Shown piece after piece: positions 1-10,540 of a DNA stretch of 64,000 nt. Source of the stretch: Planctomycetota bacterium (lineage in GTDB: Bacteria; Planctomycetota; GCA-002687715; CAIWVZ01); the NCBI GenBank assembly GCA_044222185.1, contig JBGANV010000003.1, positions 32,001 to 96,000 on the forward strand. The letters are read 5' to 3'. Made by a program: the position numbers and the translations under genes. The notes under the pieces were generated by a model. It searched no databases and was not told the DNA's origin. It saw only the letters and a program-made list of their open reading frames with translations. Numbering within the stretch: position 1 is the first letter of the stretch; each line of letters begins with the position of its first letter.

Positions 1-1
1 C

Positions 2-184
2 GGGACGATCGACGCCGTCCTCGGTGCGTGCGAGCACAACGAGGACGCCGCGATCGATCGCTACCTGCGTGCCCTTGGGACGCCGCTGGCGACGCAAGTC
101 CGCGACGTCGTCGAAGCCCAGGCCGTGGCGATCCACAAGGCTCGGGCGCGGATCCGCGAGCTCCACGACTCCGCAACGCAGTGA
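2..184 (+). CDS. 3' fragment of PA2169/DUF2383-family four-helix-bundle (ferritin-like) protein, truncated by window start
   Basis: Frame 2, not in the ORF track, reads GTIDAVLGACEHNEDAAIDRYLRALGTPLATQVRDVVEAQAVAIHKARARIRELHDSATQ*. This fits the family pattern (A.L..CE..ED.A...Y..AL...L...VR.VV..Q...I......IR.L.D). TGA at 182-184. Confidence 0.65.
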   Translation, partial: GTIDAVLGACEHNEDAAIDRYLRALGTPLATQVRDVVEAQAVAIHKARARIRELHDSATQ

Positions 185-230
185 GGACGCGGTGGACCGC
201 CGACGGTACACCGCGTCTCGCCACCGTCGA

Positions 231-1577
231 TCACCGCGCCGGCTGCACGACTCGGTACTCGACGAGACGGTTGTAGAGCGTCTTCGGGCTGATCCCGAGA
301 AGTTCCGCCGTCTTGCGGCGGTGTCCACCGCAATGATCGAGGGTGGAGAGGATCACCCGTTTCTCCGCATCCGCCAGGGGTGCCCCCAGGGGAATCTTCA
401 GGTGGAGGCCCGTCACGACGTCCTCCACGGCGCGCGCCGGGAACAGGACCTCGGCGCCGATGGCCTCGTCCGCCAGGATGAACGCACGCCGAATCGTGTT
501 CTTGAGCTCGCGGATGTTGCCGGGCCACGGATGAGCCTTCAGCGCATCGCGACATGCCGGAGCCAGGGACTTGGTCGTCCCCTCCGCCGCATTGAGATCC
601 GCGAGGAAACTCTCCGCGAGGAGGATGACGTCGTCACCGCGATCTCGCAGCGGCGGCAGCGTGATCGGGAACACGCTCAATCGATAGAGCAGATCTTCAC
701 GGAGTTTCCCATCGTGGACTGCCGCGAGCGGATCCCGGTTCGACGCTGCGATGATGCGGACGTCGACCTTCGACTCCACATCGCCGCCGACCCTGACGAA
801 CGTCCCCGTCTCGAGGAGACGCAGGAGCTTCGGTTGGAGCTCGATGGGCATCTCCGTGACCTCGTCGAGGAACATCGTCCCCTTGTCGGCGCGCTCGAAG
901 TACCCGTCGTGCCGGCGATTCGCGCCCGTGAAGCTCCCGCGTTCGTGGCCGAATATCTCGCTCTCGAGGAGGTTCGGAGAGAGTGCCGAGCAGTTCACGG
1001 CGATGAGCGGCTTGGTGTTCCGCCCGCTCCGCGCGTGGATTTCCGCCGCCACGAGTTCCTTGCCCGTGCCGGTCTCGCCGGTGATGAAGACCGTCGCGTC
1101 CGTCGGCGCGACGCGAGCGATGATCTTCTTCACTTCCAGGATCGCCGGCGATTCGCCGAGCAGCTCCGAATCCACGACACCTCCGCGCGGACGCGCATCG
1201 CCGTCCTCAGCCGGGATGCCCAGGAGCGTGGCGACATCCGAAAGAATCCGCTGGAGCTTTCCCGCGCCGAGCGGTTTGACGAGGAAGTCGTGTGCGCCGC
1301 GCTTCATGGCAGCAACGGCCGTTTCGACGCAGGCCTCATCCGTGAGTACGACCACCTTGCAGTGCCGTGGTTGACAGATGGGCGTCAACATCGCCGCGCC
1401 GTTCTCGTCCAGCAGCGTGAGGTCGACGAGCACGACGTCGGGCGCGTGCTGGGATGCGCAGCGCTGCGCGTCACGCAACGTCTCGACGGTATCGAGCCGG
1501 AAACCAGCCTCGCGGGCGGCTCCGGTCACCGTCGCGATGACATGCCGGTCCTTCTCGATCAGCAGGATGCGATGCAT
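231..1577 (-). CDS. Sigma54-dependent response regulator (NtrC/AtoC family: receiver, AAA+, Fis HTH)
   Basis: Receiver (VLVD, FLVKP), Walker A GETGTGKE, GSFTGA loop, Walker B FLDEV, WPGNIREL, and C-terminal HTH TAELLGISPKTLYNRL. Start moved to ATG 1577 (MHRILL) behind GAGAAAGGGA. Confidence 0.95.
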   Translation of the reverse strand: MHRILLIEKDRHVIATVTGAAREAGFRLDTVETLRDAQRCASQHAPDVVLVDLTLLDENGAAMLTPICQPRHCKVVVLTDEACVETAVAAMKRGAHDFLVKPLGAGKLQRILSDVATLLGIPAEDGDARPRGGVVDSELLGESPAILEVKKIIARVAPTDATVFITGETGTGKELVAAEIHARSGRNTKPLIAVNCSALSPNLLESEIFGHERGSFTGANRRHDGYFERADKGTMFLDEVTEMPIELQPKLLRLLETGTFVRVGGDVESKVDVRIIAASNRDPLAAVHDGKLREDLLYRLSVFPITLPPLRDRGDDVILLAESFLADLNAAEGTTKSLAPACRDALKAHPWPGNIRELKNTIRRAFILADEAIGAEVLFPARAVEDVVTGLHLKIPLGAPLADAEKRVILSTLDHCGGHRRKTAELLGISPKTLYNRLVEYRVVQPAR

Positions 1578-2705
1578 CAAGGTTCCCTTTCTCTGATTTG
1601 GATCAGAAGCCTCGACGGGGTGCGCTGCGCAGTGTTCGTGGCGCATCGTCCGGTGCTGCGACTTCCACACCGGGCCGACCAGTCGCGCCATCGAGCGCAG
1701 GCATCGCCGTGCGATGCAGATGTCGGTCAGGGCTCTCTCGTGGTGTCCATCCGAGATCCGATCAGCTCCTGCCCATTCATAGACCGCCCTCGACGATCAA
1801 ACTGACTCGACGCCCCCGCATCACGCACGGTTGCGTAGAAACCCGCGGCAATTCCGGGAAAGGAACTCGCGACCTGGTGGGAAAAAAAGACCGCTGGGCC
1901 AGCCGGCTCGAAAAACCCAAAGCACGCGAATGCCGCGCGAGTGAAATTTCCCCCGCCGATATTCGATGGACCCACCGCCGCGATACCCGCCGAGAATGCG
2001 GCGCTCGATGCGCCGTGGCCGGTGGGAACGCCGAGTTCGGAAAACTCGGACTGCGGTCGTCGATCGAGTTCCTCGGCCCAAGCCTTCGCGGCGGTCGCGC
2101 ATGACCTTCCGCTCCGGTTTCGATCGTCGCGCTCACGCGTGCGGCGTGACGGGGGCGCGGTGCACCCACCCGTCGGATCAGCACCGGCGAAGAACGCGCC
2201 CGGTCGGCGACGATCCAGGCGGGACTCCGCGTCCCTGCACGGCCGGAGTCCAGGCGGATCGGTCGACGGTGGGTCAAGGACGTCTGGCGCGATCGACCCC
2301 CGGCGTCGCGCGGCACGAATTCGATGGACGCGCCGCTCGTCCGATCGTTCCTCCGCCTTTCCCTGCGGAAGGCGCGCCGGGGGCGCCACGGGATCGGCGA
2401 TGACCGCCCCCCCACGACCACGGAGATCGCCGGGCCGGCGCTCGCCCCTGCCCGGTGAAAACCTCGAACGAACCGGGCTGGTGGCGAGGGTCCGACGACC
2501 GACCTCGATCCGATCCAGCCGCGAGCCGTAGGGGACGCTCGGCCCCCACCCCGCAGGCGCATCGCGGCCGGCTCCGCGCCAAATGGCTGGCGCCGCTGGC
2601 GGGAGGTCGCCGCCGGGGGGCTGGCGACGCCCTGCCCGTCCCCGGTACGATCGCCGCCGAGTTGGGGATCGGCATGGTCTTGGATTTCGGAATCGGAGGC
2701 CAGGC

Positions 2706-5426
2706 GTGGCGCGTGACGGGAACGGTACGAGCGACGACGCGCAGTTCGCGGAGACGTACAAGGCACGGGGTGGGGTCGGGCGCGATTCCGCCGTATTGAG
2801 ACCTCCCGAGGTCCTCGGGCGGTACCGCATCGTCGACCTCATCGGCCACGGGCAATATGGCGCCGTCTTTCGGGCCGTCGACGTGGACACGCATGCGCGT
2901 GTGGCCATGAAGGTCGTCCGTTCGTCGGACATCGAGCGGGTGTTCGCACTGCAGACGGAAGCTCGTTGGCTCGCGAAGCTGAACCGTCCCAACGTCGTGA
3001 AGCTGTTCGGGCAGGGTGAAACGGACGAGTTCACGTGGCTCGCCATGGAATTGGTGGAGGGGCGGAGCCTGCAGCAGATCGTCGCCGACCAGCATCCGAT
3101 CGACGCGGGACGGGATCAGCGGCGCACGCGCTCGGAATCCGATGTCTACATCCGTCGCGCCATGACGTGGATGCGGGACCTCGCACGCGCGCTCGATGCG
3201 CTCCATGGCGTCGAAGGTCTTCACCGTGACATCAAGCCCGCGAACATCGTCATCCACGAGAGCGGAGCGCCGTATCTGATCGACTTCGGCCTCGGGATCG
3301 GAAGCTACGAGACGGACGAACAGACCTCCTACCTCGCGGGCACGGCGGCGTACATGAGCCCCGAGCAGGCGAGCTTGCTCCCCGTGGGCCCGAAGAGCGA
3401 CCTCTACAGTCTCGCCGTGACCTTCCACGAAGCCGTCACCGGCCGCCGTGTCGTGAAGGCGTCGACCCTGCATGGGGCACGGCGGGAAGTCCTGGGCGAC
3501 CCCGTCGCCGCGCCCTCCACGGTCAACCCCGACGTGCCGCCGACGCTCGATGGCGTCTTCGCCAAGGCGCTGTGCAAGAAGGAGGAGGCTCGGTATTCGA
3601 CCGGGGCGGAGCTCGCCGACGACCTCGACGCGTGGCTCGAGGGGCGGCCGACCCCGAACGCCGGGCCGGCTGAACCGCAGCGCCGGCAACGGCGTCGCCG
3701 GCGTGTGACCGCCTTCGGAGTGGGGCTCGCCCTGGTCATCGCCGCCGCATGGCCGCTGAAGGGCTGGGCAGAGCGTGCGAGGCTCTCGTCGGATCGCGAG
3801 GCGGCGATCGCGGCGATTCGGGAGTTGCAAGAAGCCGGAAGACTGGACGAAGCGCAGAACGAATGTGCTCATTTTGCCGAGCGATTCGGCGACGCGCGAC
3901 CAGTCCTCGACCTGTGGAGGAACATCGAATCCGATTGGCGCGGCACGGCGATCGAGGCCACGTTGAATTGTCTCGTCGTCGCCACCCCGGGTCGGACATC
4001 CACCCGCCTGCGCCAGCACGCCGAGCAGGCAGAGGCGAACCTCCGCTGGGCCGACCTTCCGACCTACCGCTTTCGCGCTGCACTGGGACGGTACTTCGGC
4101 GTCCACGACGACGACGCGTCGGACGTCCGCGCGACCCGGGCACTCCAGCTCCTCGCCCCCGCCGCGTCGAGAGCCATCGGCGTCGAGGACGAGCTCCGTG
4201 CACTCTGTTTCCTCGCCCTCGGTGACGGCGCGGGGTCCGATCAGATCGCAGCACAGACGGCAGCACGGCTCGCGACGTCCAACCGGAACGGCCCCAATGA
4301 GGTCGTGATGATCGCCTACCGAGAACTCGCCGCCGCGAAGTTCGCCCTGGCGGCGGCGCCCCGGCTCAGACCGGAGTCCCGGCCGGCGGGCGGACCGCGG
4401 GGCCCTTGGTGTGATCGGTTCGACCGTGCGGAGGCCCTGCTGGTTCCGATCGTCGGTCACCGCGGGAAGCCAGGAGATGATCCGCCGGCAAACGTTGCGA
4501 ACCCTCTCCCGTTTCGGCCCGAGGCCGCAGCGCTCCTCGCGAACGTCTATCTCGAGCACGGTCGGCATGACGCCTCGGGCGGACACGAGCCGCGGTTCAT
4601 CGAAGCCGCCGAGACGTACGAACGGGTCAACGTCACGCTCGCGAAAGACCGGCCCGCCGACGAACGCGACGGGACGCGCCTCATGAGCGCACTCAGCCAC
4701 CTGCTCGTGGCGTTCCATTCGCCCGGCCGACGTGAAGAGGCGTCGGGTCGGGCACGCGCGTATCTCGACGAGCTGCTGAGCCGTTCGCCGCCATTGGCGA
4801 CGTTCGTAGCCTGCCGCCTTCACGAACTCGGCGGATGGAAGGCCGCACGCGACTGGATGGGAAGCGCGCCCCAGCGTCCGCCGAATCTTCCGTGCGCCAC
4901 GTCCACCTACACCCTCGCGCAGTTGGCCGCGAACTCGCTCGCCGAGTGCAAGTCCGACGAAGCGATGGAGGCGCTGAACGCCTTCGCCGACCTTGCCATC
5001 GAGGTATCCAGAGGATCCACCAGCGGGGACGTCGCGGACGCCGTCCGCGCCGCGCAGACCCATCGCCTCTACGGGGCGTGGCTGCTCCTCGATGGGGCGG
5101 AACCAACGGAAAACGCCATCCGCCTCGCCGCCCACGTCGTGACGGGCGGCGAGAACGTGTTCGAACGTTTCAAATCCCTCGAGCCGGACGGTGAGCTGGA
5201 GTGGGCTTTCGCCGTAGCATTCCTCTCTCGTTACGATCCCGCGACTCCGGAGTCGCAGAGGACCGCCGCTCGAGTGGCGCGGGCGATCGAGACGCTTCGC
5301 AAGGCCGCAGCGGATCGTGTCGTCGAGGAGACGAAGGACCCGAACGTGCGCGCGTTCCGTGACAAGATCACCCGGTCGACTGCCGCGCTGCTCGGCGTCG
5401 ACATGAATGGAGAAGCGAAGAGATGA
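2706..5426 (+). CDS. Hanks-type Ser/Thr protein kinase with TM helix and long helical/TPR-like C-terminal region
   Basis: Motifs GHGQYG, VAMK, HRDIKPAN, DFG, GTAAYMSPEQ, SDLYSL; Arg-rich stretch followed by a TM helix. Start taken at GTG 2706 after GGAGG (ORF track starts at 2583). Confidence 0.9.
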   Translation: MARDGNGTSDDAQFAETYKARGGVGRDSAVLRPPEVLGRYRIVDLIGHGQYGAVFRAVDVDTHARVAMKVVRSSDIERVFALQTEARWLAKLNRPNVVKLFGQGETDEFTWLAMELVEGRSLQQIVADQHPIDAGRDQRRTRSESDVYIRRAMTWMRDLARALDALHGVEGLHRDIKPANIVIHESGAPYLIDFGLGIGSYETDEQTSYLAGTAAYMSPEQASLLPVGPKSDLYSLAVTFHEAVTGRRVVKASTLHGARREVLGDPVAAPSTVNPDVPPTLDGVFAKALCKKEEARYSTGAELADDLDAWLEGRPTPNAGPAEPQRRQRRRRRVTAFGVGLALVIAAAWPLKGWAERARLSSDREAAIAAIRELQEAGRLDEAQNECAHFAERFGDARPVLDLWRNIESDWRGTAIEATLNCLVVATPGRTSTRLRQHAEQAEANLRWADLPTYRFRAALGRYFGVHDDDASDVRATRALQLLAPAASRAIGVEDELRALCFLALGDGAGSDQIAAQTAARLATSNRNGPNEVVMIAYRELAAAKFALAAAPRLRPESRPAGGPRGPWCDRFDRAEALLVPIVGHRGKPGDDPPANVANPLPFRPEAAALLANVYLEHGRHDASGGHEPRFIEAAETYERVNVTLAKDRPADERDGTRLMSALSHLLVAFHSPGRREEASGRARAYLDELLSRSPPLATFVACRLHELGGWKAARDWMGSAPQRPPNLPCATSTYTLAQLAANSLAECKSDEAMEALNAFADLAIEVSRGSTSGDVADAVRAAQTHRLYGAWLLLDGAEPTENAIRLAAHVVTGGENVFERFKSLEPDGELEWAFAVAFLSRYDPATPESQRTAARVARAIETLRKAAADRVVEETKDPNVRAFRDKITRSTAALLGVDMNGEAKR

Positions 5427-5956
5427 GGGTCCCCACCAAGGTGCGACTGTCCCGGCTGCGTCTGACCGGAGCCACCCTTCTCAGCATCGTCGTTCTCACG
5501 TCTTGCCTGTCTGACGGCGGTCCAGTCGTGGCGGCAGGTCCACCGCCGCCCGTCAGCTCCATCCTCCCAACGAACGGCGTGATGAACGACCCGCTGCGAA
5601 TTCGATTCACCGTCGAGCATCGGGGATTCCGTTACCACGCCAACCACCACGCGAGCGAGGCGCTGCACCTTTACCGATATGAGGGCGGGCAATGGAAGGA
5701 CCTGGGAGTGGTCCGACGCTGCGACAACCACCTGACCGGGGCGCTCAATCACGACGGCCTCGACGGGGATACCGACTGGATCAAACTCGGCGGCAAGCTC
5801 GACGAGAACTTCGCGTATCGACTGGACTGCACGTTCTACGGCGAGGGCGAGAGCGGGGCGGAGCAGTACTGCGAACGCTTGAAATACGTGTCCGGCCCGG
5901 ACCCATACTGGTCGGCTACGAAAGTCCCATGGGACGCGCGCCGTGATGCGCCATGA
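5423..5956 (+). CDS. Hypothetical lipoprotein, translationally coupled to the upstream kinase
   Basis: ATGA overlap at 5423-5426; basic N-terminus, hydrophobic core, lipobox LTSC, Pro-rich linker; coding-like composition. Confidence 0.7.
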   Translation: MRVPTKVRLSRLRLTGATLLSIVVLTSCLSDGGPVVAAGPPPPVSSILPTNGVMNDPLRIRFTVEHRGFRYHANHHASEALHLYRYEGGQWKDLGVVRRCDNHLTGALNHDGLDGDTDWIKLGGKLDENFAYRLDCTFYGEGESGAEQYCERLKYVSGPDPYWSATKVPWDARRDAP

Positions 5957-6210
5957 CCGCGTCGTGAGAGCGTCGTAAGCCAACGAGCCTGGTGGTGCCT
6001 CGTGCGGTGCCGAGGCATCCGGCGTCGGCCGCTGCCAATTCACGGCGCTCGACGCAGATTCACACGCGACGGGCTCGGAAGCCCGCGCGCCGTCACGCAG
6101 GGTCCGAACGACGCGCCGCCGCCGCCGCCAGGTGATACCCTCGCGCACACCCAACCCGGTGAGCCGACGCCGCGCATGCGGCAGCAGACCACCTCTGACG
6201 GAGCAACGCC

Positions 6211-9200
6211 ATGGATCCGGACCGCGCCCGCACGATCCGGGCGCGCATCACCGCCGACATCGCACGCGGCGAAGCGCGCACGCTCGCGGACTATGCGGCC
6301 GCGTTCCCCGGTGAGGACGCGCTCGTCGCACGGACCTACGCCGACGTCCACGCCGCAGGCGGCGAGCGCGGGTCGACCGGCGGTGCGGGAATGATCGCCC
6401 ACTACCGGATCCTGCGCACGTTGGGTCGCGGCGGGCAGGGCCTCGTCCACCTCGCCGAGGACACGCACCTTCGCCGCAAGGTCGCCCTGAAAGTGCTGAC
6501 GGGAGTGGGCGTCGGATCGACCGAGGCCGTCCAACGTTTCCAACGCGAGGCCGAGCTGGCATCGAAGCTGGATCACCCGGGGATCTGCCGCGTGTTCGAC
6601 GCGGGGGTCGCCGACGGCGTCCCCTACATCGCCATGCAGTACGTCGAAGGAACGACGCTCGCCGAGCGGGTCACGGCGGCGCGCAACTCCGGATCGACGG
6701 GCCAGACGGCCATGGTGATCACGTTCTCCGACGAATCCACGAAGCCGGCGACGGCACCGACCCGATCCGATGGAGAGCGGAAGAGCCCGGACACCGTTGC
6801 CGAGCCCGCGATCGCCCTGCCCGACAAGGCGGAGATCGCGCGCCTCGTGACGATTTTCGCGAAGGCGGCGGCCGCCCTTCACGCCGCGCACGAAGCTGGC
6901 ATCGTCCATCGCGACATCAAGCCCGGCAACATCATGGTGACGAAGGACGGCGAACCCGTGATCCTCGACTTCGGGATCGCGCGGGCCGACGATGGCGACC
7001 TCCTCACGCTGACCCGGACCGGTGACGTGTTCGGCACGCCCGCATACATGGCTCCCGAGCAGCTCTCTGGGCAAGGCCGCGTGGATCGACGCGCCGACGT
7101 CTATGCGCTGGGGGTTTCACTGTACGAGTGCCTGACCCTGCAGCGCCCCTTCGATGGGGCGACGCGTGAGGGGCTCTATCAGGCCGTGCTGACGAAAGGC
7201 ATGCCGGATCCGCGCCGGCTCAACCGTTCGATCTCGAAGGACGCGGCACTCGTGCTCGAGACCGCGATCGAGCGGGATCTCCACCGCCGTTACGCCAGCG
7301 CCGAGGCGCTGGCGTTCGACCTCTCGGCCGCCCTCGACGGGCGACCGCTTCGCGCGCGGCCCCTGGGCCCGATCGGAAGGTTCACCCGCTGGACGAGGCG
7401 CGAGCCGGCGAAGGCGGCGCTCCTGTTCGTCCTGTTGACGGCGCTGCCGACCATCGCCGCACTCGTGACGTCGCACGTGAAGGACCTCCCCCAGATCGAA
7501 GCCGCGCGCAAGGCGCAGATCGAAGTCGAGCGCGACGCGATCCTGTCGGAAGCGGGCTACGAATTCTCGGAGGGCGACGGCGAGCGGGCCGCCGAGCTCT
7601 ACCGGCAGGCGCTGGCGCTCGAGGGCAGTTCTCCGGAAGCCGTCGGCGGACTCGTCTTCACGTCGATACGCCTCCAGCAGAACGACGCGGCCGCGCGCCT
7701 GCTCGACGTCCACGGTGCGGTTCTCGGGGACGGCTCCGCTGCGCGCCACTTGCGCGCTCAGCTCCTCGCCGGGCAAGGCCGCACGGACGAAGCCGCGGAG
7801 TTGCGCAAGTCCGCGCCTCCGCCGCGCACGGGCTTCGAACACTACATGATGGCGCAACGCGATCTCTCGCGGGGCGAGAAGGGCGACCGCGACGCCCTGG
7901 CGCGCGCGTTCCGCCATGCGACCGCGGCCCTGCTGCTGTCTCCCCTCCCGCGTCTGTCGATCTGCACGCTACGGGCACACGTCGCCGCACACCTGGCGGA
8001 TCGCGAGGCCGTCGTCGATGCCGTCGCAGCCCTGCAGCACCATTGGCCGAGGTCGTCGGACGCCCTGTATTGGTGCGGGATCTCCATGGGCGCACTCGGC
8101 GACGACGCATCGATCGAGCAGGCCGTGTCGTTCCTGCGAGCGGCCGCGGCGATTCGTCCCGACGACGCGCGCGCGCATTCCGCCCTGGGCGGGTACCTCG
8201 GCCGACAGAACCGATTCCAGGACGCCATCGCGTCGCTCCGCGAAGCGATTCGCCTCCGCCCGAGCGACACCACGGCGCGCGTGAACGTCGGCCGGGCCTA
8301 TCGGGGCCTTCACCGCGATTCGGAAGCCATCGCCGAGTTCCGCGAGGCTGCGCGGCTCGACCCCGAACGCGGAGACCCGCACGCCGCCCTGGGCTCGGTC
8401 TTTTCAGACAACGATCGGATCGACGACGCCGTCGACGAGTTCAGGAGGGCCGTGGCGCTCGATCCCGATGACGCGGATTCGCACTACAACCTCGCCGTGC
8501 AACTGGTGGCACAAGGCCTCCTGGACGAGGCGCTGGAGCACCTCCGCGAAACCATCCGCTTCAAGCCGGACTTCGCCCAAGCGCACTGCAACGTCGGAGG
8601 CATCCTGAAGGAACAGGAAAGCTACCGCGAGTCTCTCGACGCCACGCGCCGGGGTCACGCCCTCGGCTCGAAGACGCCGGGATGGGCGTTCCCGTCCCGA
8701 GCATGGGTCGCGGAGGCCGACGCACTCGCGAAGGAAGAAGCACGACGAGAAGCCGACGTGCGCCGTCACGTCGACGCCGGCACGAAGCCCGACGAACCCG
8801 AGAGTCTCGCCGCGCTGGCTCGCGTCGCCTGGCGAACGGGTCACGCCGCCACCGCCGTCGACTGGTACCGCATCGCATTCGAGGACGCGCCGGATCTCGC
8901 CGAGGTCATCGAGGCCGGGCATCGTCGAACGGCAGCGAAGGCGGCTGCCCAGGCATCCGCGGCGTCGGGACTCGATGACGCCACGCGCGCGCGTCTTCGC
9001 GGACAGGCGCTCGAGTGGCTCGAGGGCGAGCTGGCGCGGCTGCGCAAGCTGCTGATCGACGAAGGTCCGCAGCCCCGGGTCGTCCGCCTCGTTCTCGCTC
9101 CCCCCATGCGCGGGTCGGAGTTCGCTCCCATGCGCGAGCCCGGCGAGCTGGAGAAGCTGCCGGAATCCGAGCGGGCGCGCTGGAAGGCCTACTGGGATGC

Positions 9201-9249
9201 TTCCGCCGCGCTGCTGACGGGACTTCGGGCAAAACCCTCCGCGCAATAG
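6211..9249 (+). CDS. Ser/Thr protein kinase with TPR repeats
   Basis: Motifs GRGGQG, VALK, HRDIKPGN, DFG, GTPAYMAPEQ, ADVYALG; hydrophobic helix; tandem TPRs (AHSALG, ARVNVG, SHYNLA, AHCNVG). Confidence 0.95.
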   Translation: MDPDRARTIRARITADIARGEARTLADYAAAFPGEDALVARTYADVHAAGGERGSTGGAGMIAHYRILRTLGRGGQGLVHLAEDTHLRRKVALKVLTGVGVGSTEAVQRFQREAELASKLDHPGICRVFDAGVADGVPYIAMQYVEGTTLAERVTAARNSGSTGQTAMVITFSDESTKPATAPTRSDGERKSPDTVAEPAIALPDKAEIARLVTIFAKAAAALHAAHEAGIVHRDIKPGNIMVTKDGEPVILDFGIARADDGDLLTLTRTGDVFGTPAYMAPEQLSGQGRVDRRADVYALGVSLYECLTLQRPFDGATREGLYQAVLTKGMPDPRRLNRSISKDAALVLETAIERDLHRRYASAEALAFDLSAALDGRPLRARPLGPIGRFTRWTRREPAKAALLFVLLTALPTIAALVTSHVKDLPQIEAARKAQIEVERDAILSEAGYEFSEGDGERAAELYRQALALEGSSPEAVGGLVFTSIRLQQNDAAARLLDVHGAVLGDGSAARHLRAQLLAGQGRTDEAAELRKSAPPPRTGFEHYMMAQRDLSRGEKGDRDALARAFRHATAALLLSPLPRLSICTLRAHVAAHLADREAVVDAVAALQHHWPRSSDALYWCGISMGALGDDASIEQAVSFLRAAAAIRPDDARAHSALGGYLGRQNRFQDAIASLREAIRLRPSDTTARVNVGRAYRGLHRDSEAIAEFREAARLDPERGDPHAALGSVFSDNDRIDDAVDEFRRAVALDPDDADSHYNLAVQLVAQGLLDEALEHLRETIRFKPDFAQAHCNVGGILKEQESYRESLDATRRGHALGSKTPGWAFPSRAWVAEADALAKEEARREADVRRHVDAGTKPDEPESLAALARVAWRTGHAATAVDWYRIAFEDAPDLAEVIEAGHRRTAAKAAAQASAASGLDDATRARLRGQALEWLEGELARLRKLLIDEGPQPRVVRLVLAPPMRGSEFAPMREPGELEKLPESERARWKAYWDASAALLTGLRAKPSAQ

Positions 9250-9478
9250 TCCCGTCGACCGCGAGCCGACCGAATCGCAATCGCGGCGCGCCGGCTTCGC
9301 CACGTCTTCTTCACGCGCTCGCCCGGCCGCGAGCCCGACCTTGGTCTCGCTTTCGGGTCGACCGATATGCGATGATCCGCCCCTGTCGACCTGTTCCCGC
9401 GCCTTGAAACGGTGGCGTCCCCGGCGCGATTTCAACGGGAGCAGGTGCGCGACGGACCTTCGGAAGGAAGCCACCGGC

Positions 9479-10405
9479 ATGACGGTCACCAGTACGTACC
9501 GAGACGGACTCACGCCCCCGGCCGCGCGCGCCCGACTCAGCGCGATGGAAGCGTCACGCGGCGACGTCCGCATGCTGAAATGCGTCCTGGGCGACGCCAG
9601 GATCTGGGAAGTGTTCTACTCGCTCCTATCCACCAGCGACCCCGAGATGCAGGCGTTGTTTCCCCCGATCCCGCCGGAGACGCTGCGGCGCATCGTTTCC
9701 GACTGGCAGACCGAGATGTTCCTGTGGACGGGTTTCGTCGACGTCGAAACGTTCATGGGCATCGCCGACGAGCATCTTCCGCGCATGACCGCGGACCATC
9801 GCCCGCGCATCCTCGACTTCGGAGGAGGCTGCGCGCGCCTCTCTCGGTTCCTCGACGTGGACGGAGCTCCATGGGACGCCGAGCTCTGCGACGTCAACGA
9901 CCGCATGGTGACGTGGTGCGACAGGCACCTGCATCACGTGAGGAGCTTCCGCAACGAAGCCCTGCCGCCGCTCGCCCGGGAGTCCGGCTCGTACGACCTC
10001 GTCCTGAGCCTCTCCGTCTTCACGCACCTCGACATGGACGGCATCACGGCATGGCTCGCCGAGCTCTGCCGCATCGTGAAGCCCGGTGGACTCGCCATCG
10101 TCACGACCCATGGCACGCGCGTCCTGGACACGCTGAAACACCACGCCGATCTCCGTGAATGGTTCCGCATGACGCCGACCGTCGTCGAGGCCGTCCGGGC
10201 CCGATTCGACGACGGCGGATTCGCGTTCGTCCCCTACGAACCCGACGTCCTGGAAACGGCTCGTGCCGGCGCGTCGTACGGGACGACCTTCTTGAGCCCG
10301 CAGCGGTTCGCCGCCCTGGTGGAGCCCAGCGGCTTCGAATGGGTCGAATTCCGCCCGGCGGGTCTGCGCGGCTGGCAGGACATCGTCGTGCTCCGCAGGC
10401 GATGA
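9479..10405 (+). CDS. Class I SAM-dependent methyltransferase
   Basis: Motif I ILDFGGGCAR, YDLVLSLSVFTHL, ELCRIVKPGG. Start uncertain: ATG 9479 after GGAAGGAAG, or ATG 9545. Confidence 0.85.
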   Translation: MTVTSTYRDGLTPPAARARLSAMEASRGDVRMLKCVLGDARIWEVFYSLLSTSDPEMQALFPPIPPETLRRIVSDWQTEMFLWTGFVDVETFMGIADEHLPRMTADHRPRILDFGGGCARLSRFLDVDGAPWDAELCDVNDRMVTWCDRHLHHVRSFRNEALPPLARESGSYDLVLSLSVFTHLDMDGITAWLAELCRIVKPGGLAIVTTHGTRVLDTLKHHADLREWFRMTPTVVEAVRARFDDGGFAFVPYEPDVLETARAGASYGTTFLSPQRFAALVEPSGFEWVEFRPAGLRGWQDIVVLRRR

Positions 10406-10540
10406 CGCCCAAGGGGACGAACGCCGCCCCGTGATCGTCGACGCTGGCGACGCGGCGGACGTTCGAAGCGGCGCCGCGCGGCCGAGTCACCGCCCAACCC
10501 GGCGTGCCGCGCGGAAGGCGAGGCTCCGTTAGCATGCGCC

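Noticed and set aside
24-1805. 593-aa plus-strand ORF, and similar long antisense ORFs (2274-5135, 12522-14576, 18570-22310, 26984-30121, 44369-47041, 47421-49376, 52391-54928)
   Set aside because: These are shadow frames opposite motif-bearing genes. They are expected in high-GC DNA with strong codon bias and have no recognisable motifs.
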